Source: Candidatus Latescibacterota bacterium
GTDB taxonomy: Bacteria > Latescibacterota > UBA2968
DNA: 64,000 nt
Reading direction: 5' to 3'
Assembly (NCBI GenBank): GCA_965204745.1
Contig: OZ242010.1
Span: 3,168,001-3,232,000 of the forward strand
Below the pieces are notes generated by a model. That model was not told the DNA's origin and did no database searches. It saw only the letters and a program-made list of their open reading frames with translations. Positions 58,738 to 64,000 of the stretch are shown here, piece after piece. Position 1 is the first letter of the stretch, and the number at the start of each line of letters is the position of its first letter. Position numbers and translations under genes: made by a program.

Positions 58738-59004
58738 ATGGCGCAGCCAGAAATCACATTTCGTCATGGTCCGTGCAGTGCTTCGATCTTTGAAAATGAA
58801 TACACCCGCGGCGGTGAATCCTTCACCGTGCGGACGGTTTCATTTCAACGGAGCTATTTGGACAAGGAGGGAACTTGGCAGAGAACCAATAGCCTGAAGG
58901 TGAACGACATTCCCAAAGCCGTGTTGGTGTTGAACAAAGCGTATGAGTTTTTGACATCGACCGGTCAGGCCGAAGCAGAGGTCAATGCTGCCGCGGCAGA
59001 TTGA
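58738..59004 (+). CDS. Small conserved-looking protein, possibly PC4/SpoVG-like nucleic-acid binder
   Basis: Strong RBS AAGGAGGT; ASIFEN...VSFQRSYLDKEGTWQRTNSL..DIPK pattern. Confidence 0.65.
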   Translation: MAQPEITFRHGPCSASIFENEYTRGGESFTVRTVSFQRSYLDKEGTWQRTNSLKVNDIPKAVLVLNKAYEFLTSTGQAEAEVNAAAAD

Positions 59005-59158
59005 TAGGGACCGATCCCCTCTCCGCTTCGTCGTAGAGCCTGCGCTGGAATGCTGTAATCCAGCACTACGCGAAAGGTGGGAGAACATCTCCTCTCCTCG
59101 CACAGGCGTCGCCTACAACGGATCGCAACGAGTAATCGGGAAGGGGTCCTGACAAAAC

Positions 59159-59191
59159 AAAAAGGTCCAGCTTTTGGCTGGACCTTTTTTT
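59159..59191 (+). terminator. Intrinsic terminator
   Basis: aaaaggtccagc tttt gctggacctttt followed by a T run. Confidence 0.8.
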
Positions 59192-59213
59192 ACAATATCG
59201 CTTATTTTTTAAT

Positions 59214-60293
59214 TAGGACTTACGCCAGGGTCATTGGTATCGCCGGTGTTTTGAGTTGTTGTCTCAAATAATCCTCCCATAAGCCATGTTTGACTTGATA
59301 GATGGTTTGTCCAGTCTGATAGGCGACTTGGGTCAGTCGTCCCCAAACGAGAAAGGCACACGCGATGTGGTTTCGCACAATGCGTGCCAATCGGCATTGA
59401 CACTTTTCAAGCCCCGTTACCTGTTTTGCTTCCCGGTGAACTTGCTCAATCTTCCAACGCAAGTGGCACACCGCTTGTGCCACTGACGGGTCGGTTTGAG
59501 TCAAGTCGTTGGTTACGATATACGCCGTGCGTCTCGTCGCAGACGCGACCCGGAATACGTTCACCTTGTGGTTTTTAGGGAACCCTCTGAGTTTCATGCG
59601 TTTTCCTGTGGCCTGTTCGCGTTTTGTCCAAGTTAAGGCATCGACCCGTTGATAGGGGTTTTCACCTGACGAATCGTCCACGAGGCGATTCTTTTTGATA
59701 GGACAGTAATAGGTCTTTTGCAAGTGCTCAATGTGAAGCATGACCGCTTTGGTGGCATACCAAGTATCCATCACCACTCGCTCAAAAGGCAGTTTTTTGT
59801 GATAGACCAAGAGTGACAACATCTCTTTGACGTGGTCTAACTTGGTTTTTCCATCCCCTTGCGGATCGTAAATGCGATAGTCAATCAGCCAAAACCGATC
59901 TTGAATCGGATTGACATACACACACGTCACCACACCGATCCCCGAGATGACCCCCTTCGCATTGCCACTGTATTGCCGACGCACGAGAGCCATCTTTTTG
60001 GCATAGCGCTTATCTAAGACCGTGTCATCAAAGAGAATTACGCCCTTTGCGGTCGACGTGAGGTGGGGTTTGACGTTTTTCCAGATCACACGCGGCGAGA
60101 CGCGATCCCCACCCAGATAGCGGTTGAGCATATCATGCGTGAACCGGTCGCTGTGATCTGCGAAATGAGTCAGGGTATAATTGAGCGGACTGCTAAGCAG
60201 ATACTGGCAGTAATCCAAGCGCGTTGGTTTCGCCATACAGACCTCCAAAGTGAGGATGGGGGTTCGATCCTGTTCTTTTTTGCGTAAGTCCTA
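59214..60293 (-). mobile_element. IS701-family insertion sequence, 1080 bp
   Basis: TIRs TAGGACTTACGC / GCGTAAGTCCTA; TTAAT direct repeat at 59209-59213 and 60294-60298. Confidence 0.9.
59220..60236 (-). CDS. IS701-family DDE transposase
   Basis: FDDTVLDK, RRQYSGN, MDTWY, RWKIEQVHRE.KQ.TG.E.CQ.R. Confidence 0.92.
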   Translation of the reverse strand: MAKPTRLDYCQYLLSSPLNYTLTHFADHSDRFTHDMLNRYLGGDRVSPRVIWKNVKPHLTSTAKGVILFDDTVLDKRYAKKMALVRRQYSGNAKGVISGIGVVTCVYVNPIQDRFWLIDYRIYDPQGDGKTKLDHVKEMLSLLVYHKKLPFERVVMDTWYATKAVMLHIEHLQKTYYCPIKKNRLVDDSSGENPYQRVDALTWTKREQATGKRMKLRGFPKNHKVNVFRVASATRRTAYIVTNDLTQTDPSVAQAVCHLRWKIEQVHREAKQVTGLEKCQCRLARIVRNHIACAFLVWGRLTQVAYQTGQTIYQVKHGLWEDYLRQQLKTPAIPMTLA

Positions 60294-60400
60294 TTAATGT
60301 GAATCGAATCTCGTTTCCCGTTAATTTTTCAAATTTAGCACTCGCTTCAAGTTCTCGTTGCAAGCCCTCTCCCCGCGGCCCCTGTGCGCGCCCGACCTAA

Positions 60401-60459
60401 AAAGCCCTCGCATAGCCTGGCCCCGAATCGATTCGTTCAGGGTCAGCATGCGAGGGCTT
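60401..60459. terminator. Long hairpin closing the Rpn array
   Basis: aagccctcgcat...atgcgagggctt inverted repeat ~20 nt after the last stop. Confidence 0.55.
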
Positions 60460-60479
60460 GTGTCGTTAAGGGAATCGCG

Positions 60480-60972
60480 TCAGGCCACCGCATCCAACAC
60501 GCGCTGAAATGCCTCCAGATCATCCGCTTGCACCGCTACACGATACAACCGCTTGAGCCTCGGCAAATTGTCGATGGTCGCAATGCGACCGGCGAACTGG
60601 CCGGCCACACCCGCATCAAAGCGAATCGCCAACGCTTCTCGGATGCTCTCTTGGATACCACGCCTAATGCCCTGCTCGATGCCCTGCTCGATGAACTGTT
60701 CCTCGAACTCTTCCTGGATCCGTTTCTTAAGATATTGGGTAAACAATGACTCACGCATAATCGCGTCCATAAAACCCTCCTGTGAAAGAATCTGCGCCAT
60801 CGATCCGCACGCGAATGAGGCTATCGGTCTGGCACGTTTCCACCTTGGGGAGTTCGGTGGCGAGGACTTCTTCAACTTCAATTTCGACATCCTCGCGTCC
60901 GAGTGCCAAGCGGATGAGGTCTTGCGGGTAGAGGTGAATCAACTGCTTGGGAATCGTATCGTATTCTGCCAT
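60480..60972 (-). pseudogene. Internally deleted Rpn/YhgA-like gene (copy E); intact C-terminal ORF 60480-60770
   Basis: MAEYD N-terminus frameshifts after RIDG; AGGAGG RBS and ATG of MDAIMRES retained. Confidence 0.85.
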
Positions 60973-60998
60973 GGGGCACCTCCTGACAGGGAATCGCG

Positions 60999-61467
60999 TT
61001 AGGCTTCCGCATCCAACACGCGCTGAAAGGCCGCCAGATCATCCGCTTGCACCGCTGCACGATGCAACCGCTTGAGCCTCGGCAAATCGTCGATAGCCGC
61101 AATGCGCGCGGTGAACTGACCGGCAACGACCACATCAAAGCGAATCGCCAACGCTTCTCGGATGCTCTCTTGGATGCCCTGCTTGATTCCCTGCTCAATG
61201 CCGCGCTCAATGCCGCGTTCCTCGAGGTACTGGATAAACGATGACTCACGCATAATCGCGTCCATAAAACCCTCCTGTGAAAGAATCCGCGCCATCGATC
61301 CGCACGCGAATCACGCTATCGGCCAGGCGCGTTTCCACCTTGGGGAGTTCGGTGTCGAGGACTTCTTCAACTTCAATTTCGACATCCTCGCGTCCGAGTG
61401 CCAAGCGGATGAGGTCTTGCGGGTAGAGGTGAATCAACTGCTTGGGAATCGTATCGTATTCTGCCAT
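60999..61467 (-). pseudogene. Internally deleted Rpn/YhgA-like gene (copy D); intact C-terminal ORF 60999-61265
   Basis: Same ~437-bp deletion junction as copy E; internal RBS+ATG retained. Confidence 0.85.
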
Positions 61468-61493
61468 GAGACGCCTCCTGACAGGGAATCGCG

Positions 61494-62663
61494 TTAGGCT
61501 TCCGCATTCAACACGCGCTGAAAGGCCGCCAGATCATCCGCTTGCACCGCTGCACGATGCAACCGCTTGAGCCTCGGCAAATCGTCGATGGTCGCAATGC
61601 GAGCGGCGAACTGACCGGCCATCCCCACATCAAAGCGAATCTCCAACACGTCGAGGATAGCGGCAATGGTATGTTCTCTACCCCCGCGCTCAATGCCCTG
61701 CTCGATGCCCTGCTCGATGCCCTGCTCGATGCCCTGCTCGATGCCCTGCTCGATTCCCTGCTCGATGCCCTGCTCAATGCCCTGCTCGATGCCCTGCTCG
61801 ATGCCCTGCTCGATGCCCTGCTCGATGCCCTGCTCGATGCCCTGCTCGATTCCCTGCTCGATTCCCTGCTCAATGCCGCGCTCGATTCCCTGCTCAATGC
61901 CGCGCTCAATGCCCTGCTCAATGCCCTGCTCAATGCCCTGCTCAATGCCCTGCTCAAGAAACTGTTCCTTGAACTGCTCCTCGAGGTACTGGGCAAACGA
62001 TGACTCACGCATAATCGCGTCCATAAAACCCTCCTGGGAAAAAATTCGGTTGATGGTGGCAGGATCATACGCCAACCCACTCAAGACCGCCAAGCTACCC
62101 AAATAATTCGCCTTGTCTGCCTCATCCAACGAAACCGAATCGCCCTTGCGAACACACGCACGCAACCAATCTTCGGAATCCATCCCCACAGGCGGCTTCA
62201 TCAATGGCGCGAAAGGAAGCAAGCCGGCCTGGTCACCTTCAAGAATGCCGCGGCCGTCCAGCTCGCTCAACCGAAGCACCTTGTAGCGCACCAGCACGGG
62301 AAAGTCCGCATGATCTTGGCGGAAAAATCCCTTATCGCTCCGCCCGGCATTGGGACGCAGATAGATGACAAAGGAATAGACCGGCAAGTCATACTGCTCG
62401 ATGAGACAGATGATATAGGAAGCCATGCGACGAGCCATATTCGCGCTATCCGAGGTTTGAAATTCGATGTGGATCAAGGCTTCCTCGCCATCGATCCGCA
62501 CGCGAAGGAGGCTATCGACCAGGCGCGTTTCCACCTTGGGGAGTTCGGTATCGAGGATTTCTTCAACTTCAATTTCGACATCCTCGCGTCCGAGTGCCAA
62601 GCGGATGAGGTCTTGCGGGTAGAGGTGCATCAACTGTTTGGGAATCGTATCGTATTCTGCCAT
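61494..62663 (-). CDS. Rpn-family (YhgA-like) PD-(D/E)xK nuclease, copy C, ~23 EQGI repeats
   Basis: RLVDSL..HIEFQ catalytic motif, MARRM..Y, LPFAPL, EQGI tract, IRF C-terminal domain. Confidence 0.9.
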   Translation of the reverse strand: MAEYDTIPKQLMHLYPQDLIRLALGREDVEIEVEEILDTELPKVETRLVDSLLRVRIDGEEALIHIEFQTSDSANMARRMASYIICLIEQYDLPVYSFVIYLRPNAGRSDKGFFRQDHADFPVLVRYKVLRLSELDGRGILEGDQAGLLPFAPLMKPPVGMDSEDWLRACVRKGDSVSLDEADKANYLGSLAVLSGLAYDPATINRIFSQEGFMDAIMRESSFAQYLEEQFKEQFLEQGIEQGIEQGIEQGIERGIEQGIERGIEQGIEQGIEQGIEQGIEQGIEQGIEQGIEQGIEQGIEQGIEQGIEQGIEQGIEQGIEQGIERGGREHTIAAILDVLEIRFDVGMAGQFAARIATIDDLPRLKRLHRAAVQADDLAAFQRVLNAEA

Positions 62664-62689
62664 GGGACGCCTCCTGACAGGGAATCGCG

Positions 62690-63643
62690 TTAGGCTTCCG
62701 CATCCAACACGCGCTGAAAGGCCGCCAGATCATCCACTTGCACCGCCGAGCGAAGCAACCGCTTGAGCCTCGGCAAATCGTCGATAGCCGCAATGTGACC
62801 GGCGAACTGACCGGCAACGGCCGGATTAAAGCGAATCTCCAACACGTCGAGGATGTCTTCAACCGCTCGTTCTCTGACTCCCTGCTCAATGCCCTGCTCA
62901 ATGCCCTGCTCAATGCCCTGCTCAATGCCCTGCTCAAGAAACTGTTCCTTGAATTGTTCCTTGAGGTATTGGGCAAACGATGACTCACGCATAATCGCGT
63001 CCATAAAACCCTCCTGGGAAAAAATTCGGTTGATGGTGGCAGGATCATACGCCAACCCACTCAAGACCGCCAAGCTGCCCAAATAATTCGCCTTGTCTGC
63101 CTGATCCAACGAAACCGAATCGCCCTTGCGAACACACGCACGCAACCAATCTTCGGAATCCATCCCCACAGGCGGCTTCATCAAGGGCGCGAAAGGAAGC
63201 AAGCCGGCCTGGTCGCCTTCAAGAATGCCGCGCCCGTCCAGCTCGCTCAACCGAATCACCTTGTAGCGCACCAGCACGGGGAAGTCCGCATGATCTTGGC
63301 GGAAAAATCCCTTATCGCTCCGCCCGGCATTGGGACGCAGATAGATGACAAAGGAATAGACCGGCAAGTCATACTGCTCGATGAGACGGATGATATAGGA
63401 AGCCATGCGACGAGCCATATTCGCGCTATCCGAGGTTTGAAATTCGATGTGGATCAAGGCTTCCTCGCCATCGATCCGCACGCGAATAAGGCTATCGACC
63501 AGGCGCGTTTCCACCTTGGGGAGTTCGGTATCGAGGATTTCTTCAACTTCAATTTCGACATCCTCGCGTCCGAGTGCCAAGCGGATGAGGTCTTGCGGGT
63601 AGAGGTGCATCAACTGCTTGGGAATCGTATCGTATTCTGCCAT
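62690..63643 (-). CDS. Rpn-family (YhgA-like) nuclease, copy B, 5 EQGI repeats
   Basis: Near-identical N-terminal domain to copy C; divergent C-terminus. Confidence 0.9.
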   Translation of the reverse strand: MAEYDTIPKQLMHLYPQDLIRLALGREDVEIEVEEILDTELPKVETRLVDSLIRVRIDGEEALIHIEFQTSDSANMARRMASYIIRLIEQYDLPVYSFVIYLRPNAGRSDKGFFRQDHADFPVLVRYKVIRLSELDGRGILEGDQAGLLPFAPLMKPPVGMDSEDWLRACVRKGDSVSLDQADKANYLGSLAVLSGLAYDPATINRIFSQEGFMDAIMRESSFAQYLKEQFKEQFLEQGIEQGIEQGIEQGIEQGVRERAVEDILDVLEIRFNPAVAGQFAGHIAAIDDLPRLKRLLRSAVQVDDLAAFQRVLDAEA

Positions 63644-63669
63644 GAGACGCCTCCTGACAGGGAATCGCG

Positions 63670-64000
63670 TTAGGCTTCCGCATCCAACACGCGCTGAAAG
63701 GCCGCCAGATCATCCGCTTGCACCGCTGCACGATGCAACCGCTTGAGCCTTGGCAAATCGTCGATGGTCGCAATGCGAGCGGCGAACTGACCGGCAACGA
63801 CCACATCAAAGCGAATCTCCAACGCTTCTCGGATGCTCTCTCGAATGCCTCGTTCAATGCCCTGCTCGATTCCCTGCTCGATTCCGCGCTCGATTCCCTG
63901 CTCGATTCCCTGCTCGATTCCCTGCTCGATTCCCTGCTCGATTCCCTGCTCGATTCCCTGCTCGATTCCCTGCTCGATTCCCTGCTCGATTCCCTGCTCA
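63670..64000 (-). CDS. Rpn-family gene copy A, 3' part only (runs off window), at least 13 EQGI repeats
   Basis: 12-nt gattccctgctc repeats, then IRESIREALEIRFDVVVAGQF...VLDAEA*. Confidence 0.85.
   Translation of the reverse strand, partial: EQGIEQGIEQGIEQGIEQGIEQGIEQGIEQGIEQGIERGIEQGIEQGIERGIRESIREALEIRFDVVVAGQFAARIATIDDLPRLKRLHRAAVQADDLAAFQRVLDAEA

Noticed and set aside
2402-59136. Dispersed 36-nt module as CRISPR direct repeats
   Set aside because: Copies are kilobases apart, in both orientations and embedded in hairpins; no regular repeat-spacer pattern.
61683-61955. 12-nt tandem repeats as a CRISPR array
   Set aside because: Contiguous in-frame coding repeats (EQGI) with no unique spacers and no cas genes.
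60480-64000. Diversity-generating retroelement explaining Rpn C-terminal variation
   Set aside because: No reverse transcriptase in the window, and differences are not confined to adenines; recombination explains them better.
1-64000. tRNA, rRNA or prophage genes
   Set aside because: No cloverleaf with GTTCGA T-arm and acceptor stem, no rRNA signatures and no phage structural genes recognised by eye.

Overview
A gene-dense, GC-rich bacterial chromosome segment. The dockerin, cohesin and lamin-tail-domain secreted proteins with FlgD-type tails, the sulfatases and the giant GLUG protein resemble Latescibacterota/Poribacteria/Gemmatimonadota-like, possibly host-associated genomes (inference only). 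The left part is a shikimate/housekeeping run: tyrA, a half-length aroA-like gene, aroE, menG/ubiE, argS, aroK, aroB and purF. It is followed by minus-strand metabolic, transport and hydrolase genes. Accessory parts include (i) a complete IS110 element whose bridge-RNA guides, donor junction and target can be read directly from the sequence, (ii) a ~6.6-kb surface-protein gene with a G15 tract upstream, flanked by 82-bp inverted repeats, (iii) an AT-rich putative type II R-M pair, (iv) a dockerin/cohesin/LTD gene pair, (v) an intact IS701 with TIRs and a 5-bp TSD, and (vi) a tandem array of at least 5 Rpn (YhgA-like) genes at the right edge. The Rpn copies have variable EQGI repeats and internal RBS+ATG starts, and two nuclease-deleted copies keep only the putative antitoxin ORF. 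Intergenic DNA is rich in heptamer tandem repeats, REP/MITE-like palindromes and a 36-nt module inserted into them. No rRNA, tRNA or CRISPR array was seen. All calls come from reading the sequence; no database searches were run.
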